A stretch of 64,000 nucleotides of DNA from Eledone cirrhosa. Its lineage: Eukaryota. The translations under genes and the position numbers were made by a program. Where the stretch lies: positions 440,324,001-440,388,000 of the forward strand of contig OZ024740.1 of the NCBI GenBank assembly GCA_964016885.1, in the 5' to 3' direction. Positions 9,605 to 24,600 of the stretch are shown piece by piece. Within the stretch, counting starts at the first letter, position 1. Each line of letters starts with the position of its first letter. The notes under the pieces were generated by a model that saw only the letters and a list, made by a program, of their open reading frames with translations, made no database searches and was not told the DNA's origin.

Positions 9605-12600
9605 ATGGATGTAGAATGTGTGATATGGATGTAGAGTGTGTGATATGGATGTAGAGTGTGCGTTATGGATGTAGGCAGTGTGATATGGATGTAGAGTGTG
9701 TGATATGGATGTAGGGTGTGTGATATGGATGTAGGATGTGTGATATGGATGTAGAATGTGTGATATGGATGTAGAATGTAGTGATAAGGATGCAGAGTGT
9801 GTTGTATGGATGTAGAATGTGTGATATGGATGTAGAATGTGTGATATGGATGTAGAATATAGGGATATGGATGTAGAGTGTGTGATATGGATGTAGAATG
9901 TGTGATATGGATGTAGAATGTGTGATATCGATGTAGAGTGTGTGATATGGATGTAGAGTGTAGTGATATGGATGTAGAATGCGTGATATGGATGTAGAAT
10001 GTGTGATATGAATGTAGAGTGTGTGATATGGATGTAGCGTGTGTGATATGGATGTAGAATGTGTGATAATGTTGTCGAATGAGTGATATGGATGTAGAGT
10101 GTGTGACATGGATGTAGAGTGTGTGATATGGATATAGAATGTGCCATATGGATATAGAGTGTGTGATATGGATGTAGGGTGTGTGATATGCATATAGAGT
10201 GTGTGATATGAATATAGGGTGTGCATATGGATGTAGACTGTGTCATATGGATGTAGCGTGCCTGATATGCATGTATAGTATGTGATATGGATGTAGAATG
10301 TGTGATATGGATGTAGAGCGTGTTACATGGATGTAGAGTGTGTGATATGGATGTAGAGTGTAGCGATATGGATGTAGAATGTGTGATATGGATGTAGAGC
10401 GCTTGGTATGGATGTAGAGTATGTGATATGGATGTAGAATGTGTGATATGGATGTAGAATGTGTGATATGGATGTAGAGTGTGTGATATTGATGTAGAGT
10501 GTGTGATATGGATGTAGAATGTGTGATATGGATGTAGAGTGTGTGACATGGATGTAGAGTGTGTGATATGGATGTAGATAGTGTGATATGGATGTAGAGT
10601 GTGTGATATGGATATAGAATATGTGATATGGATGTAGAATGTTAGATATGGATGTAGAGTGTGTGATATGGATGTAGAGTGTAGTTATATGGATGTAGAA
10701 TGTGTAATATGGATGTAGAATTTGTGATATGGATGTAGAGTGTGTGATATGGATTTAGAATGTGTGATATGGATGTAGAATGTGTGATATTGATGTAGAG
10801 TGTGTGATATGGATGTAGAGTGTGTGATATGGATGTAGAGTGTGCGATCTGGATGTAGGCAGTGTGATATGGATGTAGAGTGTGTGATATGGATGTAGAA
10901 TGTGTGATATGGATATAGAGTTCCTGATATGGATGTTGAGTGTGGGATATGGTTGTGGAGTGTGTGATATGGATGTAGAGTGTGTGACATGGATGTAGAG
11001 TGTGTGATATGGATATAGAATGTGTGATATGGATGTAGAATGTGTGATATGGATATAGAGTGTGTGATATAGATGTAGAGTGTAGCGATTTGGATGTAGA
11101 ATGGGTGATATGGATGTAGAGTGCCTGATATGGATGTAGAGTGTGTGATATAGATGTAGAATGTGTGATATGTATCTAGAATTTGTTATGTGGATGTAGA
11201 GTGTGTGATATGGATATAGAATGTGAGATATGGATTTAGAACGTGTGATATTGATGTAGAGTGTTTGATATAGAGGTAGAGTGTGTGATATGGATGTAGA
11301 GTGTGTGATATGGATGTGGAATGTGTGATATGGATATAGAGTGCCTGATATGGATGTAGAGTGTGTGTATGGATGTAGTGTGTGTGATATGGATGTAGGA
11401 TGTGTGATATAAATGTAGAATGTGTGATATGGATATAGAGTGTGTGATATGCATGTAGAGTGAGCGTTATGGTAGTAGGCAGTGTGATATGGATGTACAG
11501 TGAATGATGTGGATGTAGATTCTGTGATATGGATGTAGAATGTGTGATATGGATGTAGAATATAGTGATATGGATGTAGAGTGTGTGATATGGATGTAGA
11601 GTGTGCGATATTGATGTAGGCAGTGTGATATGGATGTAGAGTGAGTGATGTGGATGTAGAGTGTGTGATATGGATGTAGAGTGTGTGATATGGATGTAGA
11701 GTGTGTGATATGCATGTTGAATGTGTGATATAGATGTAGAATGTGTGATATAGATGTAGAGCGTGTTACATGGATGTAGTGTGTGTGATATGGATTTAGA
11801 ATGTGTGATATGGATGGAGAATGTGTGATATCGATGCAGAGTGTGTGATATGGATGTACAGTGTGTGATATGGATGTAGAGTGTGTGATATAGATATAGA
11901 ATATGTGATATGGATCTAGAATGTGAGATATGGATGTAGAGTGTGTGATATGGATGTAGAGTGTAGTTATATGGATGTAGAATGTGTAATATGGATGTAG
12001 AATTTGTAATATGGATGTAGAGTGTGTGATATGGATGTAGAATGTGTGGTATTGATGTAGAATGTGTGATATTGATGTAGAGTGTGTGATATGGATGTAG
12101 AGTGTGTGATATGGATGTAGAGTGTGCGATATGGATGTAGGCAGTGTGATATGGATGTAGAGTGTGTGATATGAATGTAGAATGTGTGATATGGTTGTCG
12201 AATGAGTGATATGGATGTAGGTTGTGTGACATTGATGTAGAGTGTGTGATATGGATAAAGAATGTGTGATATGGATGTAGAATGTGTGATATGGATGTAG
12301 AGAGTGTGATATAGATGTAGAGTGTAGCTATTCGGATGTAGAATGGGTGATATGGATGTAGAGTGCCTGATATGGATGTAGAGTGTGTTATATAGATGTA
12401 GAACGTGTGATATGTATCTAGAATTTGTTATGTGGATGTAGAGTGTGTGATATGGATATAGAATATGAGATATGGATGTAGAATATGTGATATTGATGTA
12501 GAGTGTTTGATATAGATGTAGAGTGTGTGATTTGGATGTAGAGTGTGTGATATGGATGTAGAACGTGTGATATGGATATAGAGTGCCTGATATGGATGTA

Positions 12601-15600
12601 GAGTGTGTGATATGGATGTAGTGTGTGTGTGTGATATGGATGTAGGACGTGTGATATGAATGTAGAATGTGTGATATGGATATAGAGTGTGTGATATGCA
12701 TGTAGAGTGAGCGTTATGGTAGTAGGCAGTGTGATATGGATGTACAGTGAATGATGTGGATGTAGATTCTGTGATATGGATGTAGAATGTGTGATATGGA
12801 TGTAGAATATAGTGATATGGATGTAGAGTGTGTGATATGGATGTAGAATGTTTGATATTGATGTAGAATGTGTGATATGCATGTAGAATGTGTGATATGG
12901 ATGTAGAGTGTAGTAATATGGATGTAGAATGTGTGACATGGATGTAGAATTTGTGATATGGATATAGAGTGTGTGATATGGATGTAGAGTGTGCGATATG
13001 GATTTAGGCAGTGTGATATGGATGTAGAGTGAGTGATGTGGATGTAGAGTGTGTTATATGGATGCAGAATGTGTGATATGGATGAAGAGTGTGTTATATG
13101 GATGAAGAACGTGTGATATGCATGTTGAATGTGTGATATGGATGTAGAATGTGTGATATGGATGTTGAGTGTGTGATATGGATGTAGAGTGTGTGATATG
13201 GATGTAGAATGTGTGATATAGATGTACAGCGTGTTACATGGATGTAGTCTGTGTGATATGGATGTAGAACATGTGATATGGATGTAGAACGTGTGATATC
13301 GATGTAGAGTGTGTGATATGGATGTAGAGTGTGTGATATGGATGGAGAGTGTGTGATATGGATGTAGAATGTGTGATATTGATGTAGAGTGTGTGATATG
13401 GATGTAGAGTGTAGCGATATGGATGTAGAATGTGTGATATGGATGTAGAGCGCCTGATATGGATGTAGAGTATGTGATATGGATCTAGAATGTGCGATAT
13501 GGATATAGAGTGTGTGATATGGATGGAGAGTGTGTGATATGGATGTAGAGTGTGTGATATTGATGTAGAGTGTGTGATATGGATGTAGAGTGTAGCAATA
13601 TGGATGTAGAATGTGTGATATGGATGTAGAGCGCCTGATATAGATGTAGAGTATGTGATATGGATCTAGAATGTGCGATATGGATGTAGAGTGTGTGACA
13701 TGGATGTAGAGTGTGTGATATGGATATAGAATATGTGATATAGATGTAGAATTTGAGATATGGATATAGAGTGTGTGATATGGATGTAGAGTGTAGTTAT
13801 ATGGATGTAGAACGTGTAATATGGATGTAGAACTTGTGATATGGATGTAGAGTGTGTGAAATGGATGTAGAATGTGTGATATGGATGTAGAGTGTGTGAT
13901 ATGGATGTAGAGTGTGCGTTATGGATGTAGGCAGTGTGATATGGATGGAGAGTGTGCGATATGGATGTAGAACGTGTGATATGGATATAGAGTGCCTGAT
14001 ATGGATGTAGAGTGTGTGATATGGATGTAGGGTGTGTGATATGGATGTAGGATGTGTGATATGGATGTAGAATGTGTGATATGGATGTAGAATGTAGTGA
14101 TAAGGATGCAGAGTGTGTTGTATGGATGTAGAATGTGTGATATGGATGTAGAATGTGTGATATGGATGTAGAATGTAGGGATATGGATGTAGAGTGTGTG
14201 ATATGGATGTAGAATGTGTGATATGGATGTAGAATGTGTGATATGGATGTAGAGTGTGTGATATGGATGTAGAGTGTAGTGATATCGATGTAGAATGCGT
14301 GATATGGATGTAGAATGTGTGATATGGATGTAGAGTGTGTGATATGGATGTAGCGTGTGTGATATGGATGTAGAATGTGTGATAATGTTGTCGAATGAGT
14401 GATATGGATGTAGAGTGTGTGACATGGATGTAGAGTGTGTGATATGGATATAGAATGTGCCATATGGATATAGAGTGTGTGATATGGATGTAGGGTGTGT
14501 GATATGCATATAGAGTGTGTGATATGGATATAGGGTGTGCATATGGATGTAGACTGTGTCATATGGATGTAGCGTGCCTGATATGCATGTATAGTATGTA
14601 ATATGGATGTAGAATGTGTGATATGAATGTAGAGCGTGTTACATGGATGTAGAGTGTGTGATATGGATGTAGAGTGTAGCGATATGGATGTAGAATGTGT
14701 GATATGGATGTAGAGCGATTGATATGGATGTAGAGTATGTGATATGGATGTAGAATGTGTGATATGGATGTAGAATGTGTGATATGGATGTAGAGTGTGT
14801 GACATTGATGTAGAGTGTGTGATATGGATGTAGAATGTGTGATATGGATGTAGAGTGTGTGACATGGATGTAGAGTGTGTGATATGGATGTAGATAGTAT
14901 GATATGGATGTAGAGTGTGTGATATGGATATAGAATATGTGATATGAATGTAGAATGTTAGATATGGATGTAGAGTGTGTGATATGGATGTAGAGTGTAG
15001 TTATATGGATGTAGAATGTGTAATATGGATGTAGAATTTGTGATATGGATGTAGAGTGTGTGATATGGATGTAGAATGTGTGATATGGATGTAGAATGTG
15101 TGATATTGATGTAGAGTGTGTGATATGGATGTAGAGTGTGTGATATGGATGTAGAGTGTGCGATCCGGATGTAGGCGGTGTGATATGGATGTAGAGTGTG
15201 TGATATGGATGTAGAATGTGTGATATGGATATAGAGTGCCTGATATGGATGTTGAGTGTGGGATATGGTTCTAGAGTGTGTGATATGGATGTAGAGTGTG
15301 TGACATGGATGTAGAGTGTGTGATATGGATATAGAATGTGTGATATGGATGTAGAATGTGTGATATGGATGTAGAGTGTGTGATATAGATGTAGAGTGTA
15401 GCGATTTGGATGTAGAATGGGTGATATGGATGTAGAGTGCCTGATATGGATGTAGAGTGTGTGATATAGATGTAGAATGTGTGATATGTATCTAGAATTT
15501 GTTATGTGGATGTAGAGTGTGTGATATGGATATAGAATGTGAGATATGGATTTAGAACGTGTGATATTGATGTAGAGTGTTTGATATAGATGTAGAGTGT

Positions 15601-18600
15601 GTGATATGGATGTAGAGTGTGTGATATGGATGTGGAATGTGTGATATGGATATAGAGTGCCTGATATGGATGTAGAGTGTGTGATATGGATGTAGTGTGT
15701 GTGATATGGATGTAGGATGTGTGATATAAATGTAGAATGTGTGATATGGATATAGAGTGTGTGATATGCATGTAGAGTGAGCGTTATGGTAGTAGGCAGT
15801 GTGATATGGATGTACAGTGAATGATGTGGATGTAGATTCTGTGATATGGATGTAGAATGTGTGATATGGATGTAGAATATAGTGATATGGATGTAGAGTG
15901 TGTGATATGGATGTAGAGTGTGCGATATTGATGTAGGCAGTGTGATATGGATGTAGAGTGAGTGATGTGGATGTAGAGTGTGTGATATGGATGTAGAGTG
16001 TGTGATATGGATGTAGAGTGTGTGATATGCATGTTGAATGTGTGATATAGATGTAGAATGTGTGATATAGATGTAGAGCGTGTTACATGGATGTAGTGTG
16101 TGTGATATGGATTTAGAATGTGTGATATGGATGGAGAATGTGTGATATCGATGCAGAGTGTTGTGATATGGATGTACAGTGTGTGATATGGATGTAGAGT
16201 GTGTGATATAGATATAGAATATGTGATATGGATCTAGAATGTGAGATATGGATGTAGAGTGTGTGATATGGATGTAGAGTGTAGTTATATGGATGTAGAA
16301 TGTGTAATATGGATGTAGAATTTGTAATATGGATGTAGAGTGTGTGATATGGATGTAGAATGTGTGGTATTGATGTAGAATGTGTGATATTGATGTAGAG
16401 TGTGTGATATGGATGTAGAGTGTGTGATATGGATGTAGAGTGTGCGATATGGATGTAGGCAGTGTGATATGGATGTAGAGTGTGTGATATGAATGTAGAA
16501 TGTGTGATATGGATATAGAGTGCCTGATATGGATGTTGAGTGTGTGATATGTTTGTAGAGTGTGTGATATGGATGTAGAATGTGTGATATGGTTGTCGAA
16601 TGAGTGATATGGATGTAGAGTGTGTGACATTGATGTAGAGTGTGTGATATGGATAAAGAATGTGTGATATGGATGTAGAATGTGTGATATGGATGTAGAG
16701 AGTGTGATATAGATGTAGAGTGTAGCTATTTGGATGTAGAATGGGTGATATGGATGTAGAGTGCCTGATATGGATGTAGAGTGTGTTATATAGATGTAGA
16801 ACGTGTGATATGTATCTAGAATTTGTTATGTGGATGTAGAGTGTGTGATATGGATATAGAATATGAGATATGGATGTAGAATATGTGATATTGATGTAGA
16901 GTGTTTGATATATATGTAGAGTGTGTGATTTGGATGTAGAGTGTGTGATATGGATGTAGAACGTGTGATATGGATATAGAGTGCCTGATATGGATGTAGA
17001 GTGTGTGATATGGATGTAGTGTGTGTGTGTGATATGGATGTAGGACGTGTGATATGAATGTAGAATGTGTGATATGGATATAGAGTGTGTGATATGCATG
17101 TAGAGTGAGCGTTATGGTAGTAGGCAGTGTGATATGGATGTACAGTGAATGATGTGGATGTAGATTCTGTGATATGGATGTAGAATGTGTGATATGGATG
17201 TAGTATATAGTGATATGGATGTAGAGTGTGTGATATGGATGTAGAATGTTTGATATTGATGTAGAATGTGTGATATGCATGTAGAATGTGTGATATGGAT
17301 GTAGAGTGTAGTAATATGGATGTAGAATGTGTGACATGGATGTAGAATTTGTGATATGGATATAGAGTGTGTGATATGGATGTAGAGTGTGCGATATGGA
17401 TTTAGGCAGTGTGATATGGATGTAGAGTGAGTGATGTGGATGTAGAGTGTGTTATATGGATGCAGAATGTGTGATATGGATGAAGAGTGTGTTATATGGA
17501 TGAAGAACGTGTGATATGCATGTTGAATGTGTGATATGGATGTAGAATGTGTGATATGGATGTTGAGTGTGTGATATGGATGTAGAGTGTGTGATATGGA
17601 TGTAGAATGTGTGATATAGATGTACAGCGTGTTACATGGATGTAGTCTGTGTGATATGGATGTAGAACATGTGATATGGATGTAGAACGTGTGATATCGA
17701 TGTAGAGTGTGTGATATGGATGTAGAGTGTGTGATATGGATGGAGAGTGTGTGATATGGATGTAGAATGTGTGATATTGATGTAGAGTGTGTGATATGGA
17801 TGTAGAGTGTAGCGATATGGATGTAGAATGTGTGATATGGATGTAGAGCGCCTGATATGGATGTAGAGTATGTGATATGGATCTAGAATGTGCGATATGG
17901 ATATAGAGTGTGTGATATGGATGGAGAGTGTGTGATATGGATGTAGAGTGTGTGATATTGATGTAGAGTGTGTGATATGGATGTAGAGTGTAGCAATATG
18001 GATGTAGAATGTGTGATATGGATGTAGAGCGCCTGATATAGATGTAGAGTATGTGATATGGATCTAGAATGTGCGATATGGATGTAGAGTGTGTGACATG
18101 GATGTAGAGTGTGTGATATGGATATAGAATATGTGATATAGATGTAGAATTTGAGATATGGATATAGAGTGTGTGATATGGATGTAGAGTGTAGTTATAT
18201 GGATGTAGAACGTGTAATATGGATGTAGAACTTGTGATATGGATGTAGAGTGTGTGAAATGGATGTAGAATGTGTGATATGGATGTAGAGTGTGTGATAT
18301 GGATGTAGAGTGTGCGTTATGGATGTAGGCAGTGTGATATGGATGGAGAGTGTGCGATATGGATGTAGAACGTGTGATATGGATATAGAGTGCCTGATAT
18401 GGATGTAGAGTGTGTGATATGGATGTAGGGTGTGTGATATGGATGTAGGATGTGTGATATGGATGTAGAATGTATGATATGGATGTAGAATGTAGTGATA
18501 AGGATGCAGAGGGTGTTGTATGGATGTAGAATGTGTGATATGGATGTAGAATGTGTGATATGGATGTAGAATGTAGGGATATGGATGTAGAGTGTGTGAT

Positions 18601-21600
18601 ATGGATGTAGAATGTGTGATATGGATGTAGAATGTGTGATATGGATGTAGAGTGTGTGATATGGATGTAGAGTGTAGTGATATGGATGTAGAATGCGTGA
18701 TATGGATGTAGAATGTGTGATATGGATGTAGAGTGTGTGATATGGATGTAGCGTGTGTGATATGGATGTAGAATGTGTGATAATGTTGTCGAATGAGTGA
18801 TATGGATGTAGAGTGTGTGACATGGATATAGAATGTGCCATATGGATATAGAGTGTGTGATATGGATGTAGGGTGTGTGATATGCATATAGAGTGTGTGA
18901 TATGGATATAGGGTGTGCATATGGATGTAGACTGTGTCATATGGATGTAGCGTGCCTGATATGCATGTATAGTATGTAATATGGATGTAGAATGTGTGAT
19001 ATGAATGTAGAGCGTGTTACATGGATGTAGAGTGTGTGATATGGATGTAGAGTGTAGCGATATGGATGTAGAATGTGTGATATGGATGTAGAGCGATTGA
19101 TATGGATGTAGAGTATGTGATATGGATGTAGAATGTGTGATATGGATGTAGAATGTGTGATATGGATGTAGAGTGTGTGACATTGATGTAGAGTGTGTGA
19201 TATGGATGTAGAATGTGTGATATGGATGTAGAGTGTGTGACATGGATGTAGAGTGTGTGATATGGATGTAGATAGTATGATATGGATGTAGAGTGTGTGA
19301 TATGGATATAGAATATGTGATATGAATGTAGAATGTTAGATTTGGAAGTAGAGTGTGTGATATGGATGTAGAGTGTAGTTATATGGATGTAGAATGTGTA
19401 ATATGGATGTAGAATTTGTGATATGGATGTAGAGTGTGTGATATGGATGTAGAATGTGTGATATGGATGTAGAATGTGTGATATTGATGTAGAGTGTGTG
19501 ATATGGATGTAGAGTGTGTGATATGGATGTAGAATGTGTGATATGGATGTAGAGTGTGTGATATGGATGTAGAGTGTGCGTTATGGATGTAGGCAGTGTG
19601 ATATGGATGTAGAGTGTGTGATATGGATGTAGGGTGTGTGATATGGATGTAGGATGTGTGATATGGATGTAGAATGTGTGATATGGATGTAGAATGTAGT
19701 GATAAGGATGCAGAGTGTGTTGTATGGATGTAGAATGTGTGATATGGATGTAGAATGTGTGATATGGATGTAGAATATAGGGATATGGATGTAGAGTGTG
19801 TGATATGGATGTAGAATGTGTGATATGGATGTAGAATGTGTGATATCGATGTAGAGTGTGTGATATGGATGTAGAGTGTAGTGATATGGATGTAGAATGC
19901 GTGATATGGATGTAGAATGTGTGATATGAATGTAGAGTGTGTGATATGGATGTAGCGTGTGTGATATGGATGTAGAATGTGTGATAATGTTGTCGAATGA
20001 GTGATATGGATGTAGAGTGTGTGACATGGATGTAGAGTGTGTGATATGGATATAGAATGTGCCATATGGATATAGAGTGTGTGATATGGATGTAGGGTGT
20101 GTGATATGCATATAGAGTGTGTGATATGAATATAGGGTGTGCATATGGATGTAGACTGTGTCATATGGATGTAGCGTGCCTGATATGCATGTATAGTATG
20201 TGATATGGATGTAGAATGTGTGATATGGATGTAGAGCGTGTTACATGGATGTAGAGTGTGTGATATGGATGTAGAGTGTAGCGATATGGATGTAGAATGT
20301 GTGATATGGATGTAGAGCGCTTGGTATGGATGTAGAGTATGTGATATGGATGTAGAATGTGTGATATGGATGTAGAATGTGTGATATGGATGTAGAGTGT
20401 GTGATATTGATGTAGAGTGTGTGATATGGATGTAGAATGTGTGATATGGATGTAGAGTGTGTGACATGGATGTAGAGTGTGTGATATGGATGTAGATAGT
20501 GTGATATGGATGTAGAGTGTGTGATATGGATATAGAATATGTGATATGGATGTAGAATGTTAGATATGGATGTAGAGTGTGTGATATGGATGTAGAGTGT
20601 AGTTATATGGATGTAGAATGTGTAATATGGATGTAGAATTTGTGATATGGATGTAGAGTGTGTGATATGGATTTAGAATGTGTGATATGGATGTAGAATG
20701 TGTGATATTGATGTAGAGTGTGTGATATGGATGTAGAGTGTGTGATATGGATGTAGAGTGTGCGATCTGGATGTAGGCAGTGTGATATGGATGTAGAGTG
20801 TGTGATATGGATGTAGAATGTGTGATATGGATATAGAGTTCCTGATATGGATGTTGAGTGTGGGATATGGTTGTGGAGTGTGTGATATGGATGTAGAGTG
20901 TGTGACATGGATGTAGAGTGTGTGATATGGATATAGAATGTGTGATATGGATGTAGAATGTGTGATATGGATATAGAGTGTGTGATATAGATGTAGAGTG
21001 TAGCGATTTGGATGTAGAATGGGTGATATGGATGTAGAGTGCCTGATATGGATGTAGAGTGTGTGATATAGATGTAGAATGTGTGATATGTATCTAGAAT
21101 TTGTTATGTGGATGTAGAGTGTGTGATATGGATATAGAATGTGAGATATGGATTTAGAACGTGTGATATTGATGTAGAGTGTTTGATATAGAGGTAGAGT
21201 GTGTGATATGGATGTAGAGTGTGTGATATGGATGTGGAATGTGTGATATGGATATAGAGTGCCTGATATGGATGTAGAGTGTGTGTATGGATGTAGTGTG
21301 TGTGATATGGATGTAGGATGTGTGATATAAATGTAGAATGTGTGATATGGATATAGAGTGTGTGATATGCATGTAGAGTGAGCGTTATGGTAGTAGGCAG
21401 TGTGATATGGATGTACAGTGAATGATGTGGATGTAGATTCTGTGATATGGATGTAGAATGTGTGATATGGATGTAGAATATAGTGATATGGATGTAGAGT
21501 GTGTGATATGGATGTAGAGTGTGCGATATTGATGTAGGCAGTGTGATATGGATGTAGAGTGAGTGATGTGGATGTAGAGTGTGTGATATGGATGTAGAGT

Positions 21601-24600
21601 GTGTGATATGGATGTAGAGTGTGTGATATGCATGTTGAATGTGTGATATAGATGTAGAATGTGTGATATAGATGTAGAGCGTGTTACATGGATGTAGTGT
21701 GTGTGATATGGATTTAGAATGTGTGATATGGATGGAGAATGTGTGATATCGATGCAGAGTGTGTGATATGGATGTACAGTGTGTGATATGGATGTAGAGT
21801 GTGTGATATAGATATAGAATATGTGATATGGATCTAGAATGTGAGATATGGATGTAGAGTGTGTGATATGGATGTAGAGTGTAGTTATATGGATGTAGAA
21901 TGTGTAATATGGATGTAGAATTTGTAATATGGATGTAGAGTGTGTGATATGGATGTAGAATGTGTGGTATTGATGTAGAATGTGTGATATTGATGTAGAG
22001 TGTGTGATATGGATGTAGAGTGTGTGATATGGATGTAGAGTGTGCGATATGGATGTAGGCAGTGTGATATGGATGTAGAGTGTGTGATATGAATGTAGAA
22101 TGTGTGATATGGTTGTCGAATGAGTGATATGGATGTAGGTTGTGTGACATTGATGTAGAGTGTGTGATATGGATAAAGAATGTGTGATATGGATGTAGAA
22201 TGTGTGATATGGATGTAGAGAGTGTGATATAGATGTAGAGTGTAGCTATTCGGATGTAGAATGGGTGATATGGATGTAGAGTGCCTGATATGGATGTAGA
22301 GTGTGTTATATAGATGTAGAACGTGTGATATGTATCTAGAATTTGTTATGTGGATGTAGAGTGTGTGATATGGATATAGAATATGAGATATGGATGTAGA
22401 ATATGTGATATTGATGTAGAGTGTTTGATATAGATGTAGAGTGTGTGATTTGGATGTAGAGTGTGTGATATGGATGTAGAACGTGTGATATGGATATAGA
22501 GTGCCTGATATGGATGTAGAGTGTGTGATATGGATGTAGTGTGTGTGTGTGATATGGATGTAGGACGTGTGATATGAATGTAGAATGTGTGATATGGATA
22601 TAGAGTGTGTGATATGCATGTAGAGTGAGCGTTATGGTAGTAGGCAGTGTGATATGGATGTACAGTGAATGATGTGGATGTAGATTCTGTGATATGGATG
22701 TAGAATGTGTGATATGGATGTAGAATATAGTGATATGGATGTAGAGTGTGTGATATGGATGTAGAATGTTTGATATTGATGTAGAATGTGTGATATGCAT
22801 GTAGAATGTGTGATATGGATGTAGAGTGTAGTAATATGGATGTAGAATGTGTGACATGGATGTAGAATTTGTGATATGGATATAGAGTGTGTGATATGGA
22901 TGTAGAGTGTGCGATATGGATTTAGGCAGTGTGATATGGATGTAGAGTGAGTGATGTGGATGTAGAGTGTGTTATATGGATGCAGAATGTGTGATATGGA
23001 TGAAGAGTGTGTTATATGGATGAAGAACGTGTGATATGCATGTTGAATGTGTGATATGGATGTAGAATGTGTGATATGGATGTTGAGTGTGTGATATGGA
23101 TGTAGAGTGTGTGATATGGATGTAGAATGTGTGATATAGATGTACAGCGTGTTACATGGATGTAGTCTGTGTGATATGGATGTAGAACATGTGATATGGA
23201 TGTAGAACGTGTGATATCGATGTAGAGTGTGTGATATGGATGTAGAGTGTGTGATATGGATGGAGAGTGTGTGATATGGATGTAGAATGTGTGATATTGA
23301 TGTAGAGTGTGTGATATGGATGTAGAGTGTAGCGATATGGATGTAGAATGTGTGATATGGATGTAGAGCGCCTGATATGGATGTAGAGTATGTGATATGG
23401 ATCTAGAATGTGCGATATGGATATAGAGTGTGTGATATGGATGGAGAGTGTGTGATATGGATGTAGAGTGTGTGATATTGATGTAGAGTGTGTGATATGG
23501 ATGTAGAGTGTAGCAATATGGATGTAGAATGTGTGATATGGATGTAGAGCGCCTGATATAGATGTAGAGTATGTGATATGGATCTAGAATGTGCGATATG
23601 GATGTAGAGTGTGTGACATGGATGTAGAGTGTGTGATATGGATATAGAATATGTGATATAGATGTAGAATTTGAGATATGGATATAGAGTGTGTGATATG
23701 GATGTAGAGTGTAGTTATATGGATGTAGAACGTGTAATATGGATGTAGAACTTGTGATATGGATGTAGAGTGTGTGAAATGGATGTAGAATGTGTGATAT
23801 GGATGTAGAGTGTGTGATATGGATGTAGAGTGTGCGTTATGGATGTAGGCAGTGTGATATGGATGGAGAGTGTGCGATATGGATGTAGAACGTGTGATAT
23901 GGATATAGAGTGCCTGATATGGATGTAGAGTGTGTGATATGGATGTAGGGTGTGTGATATGGATGTAGGATGTGTGATATGGATGTAGAATGTGTGATAT
24001 GGATGTAGAATGTAGTGATAAGGATGCAGAGTGTGTTGTATGGATGTAGAATGTGTGATATGGATGTAGAATGTGTGATATGGATGTAGAATGTAGGGAT
24101 ATGGATGTAGAGTGTGTGATATGGATGTAGAATGTGTGATATGGATGTAGAATGTGTGATATGGATGTAGAGTGTGTGATATGGATGTAGAGTGTAGTGA
24201 TATCGATGTAGAATGCGTGATATGGATGTAGAATGTGTGATATGGATGTAGAGTGTGTGATATGGATGTAGCGTGTGTGATATGGATGTAGAATGTGTGA
24301 TAATGTTGTCGAATGAGTGATATGGATGTAGAGTGTGTGACATGGATGTAGAGTGTGTGATATGGATATAGAATGTGCCATATGGATATAGAGTGTGTGA
24401 TATGGATGTAGGGTGTGTGATATGCATATAGAGTGTGTGATATGGATATAGGGTGTGCATATGGATGTAGACTGTGTCATATGGATGTAGCGTGCCTGAT
24501 ATGCATGTATAGTATGTAATATGGATGTAGAATGTGTGATATGAATGTAGAGCGTGTTACATGGATGTAGAGTGTGTGATATGGATGTAGAGTGTAGCGA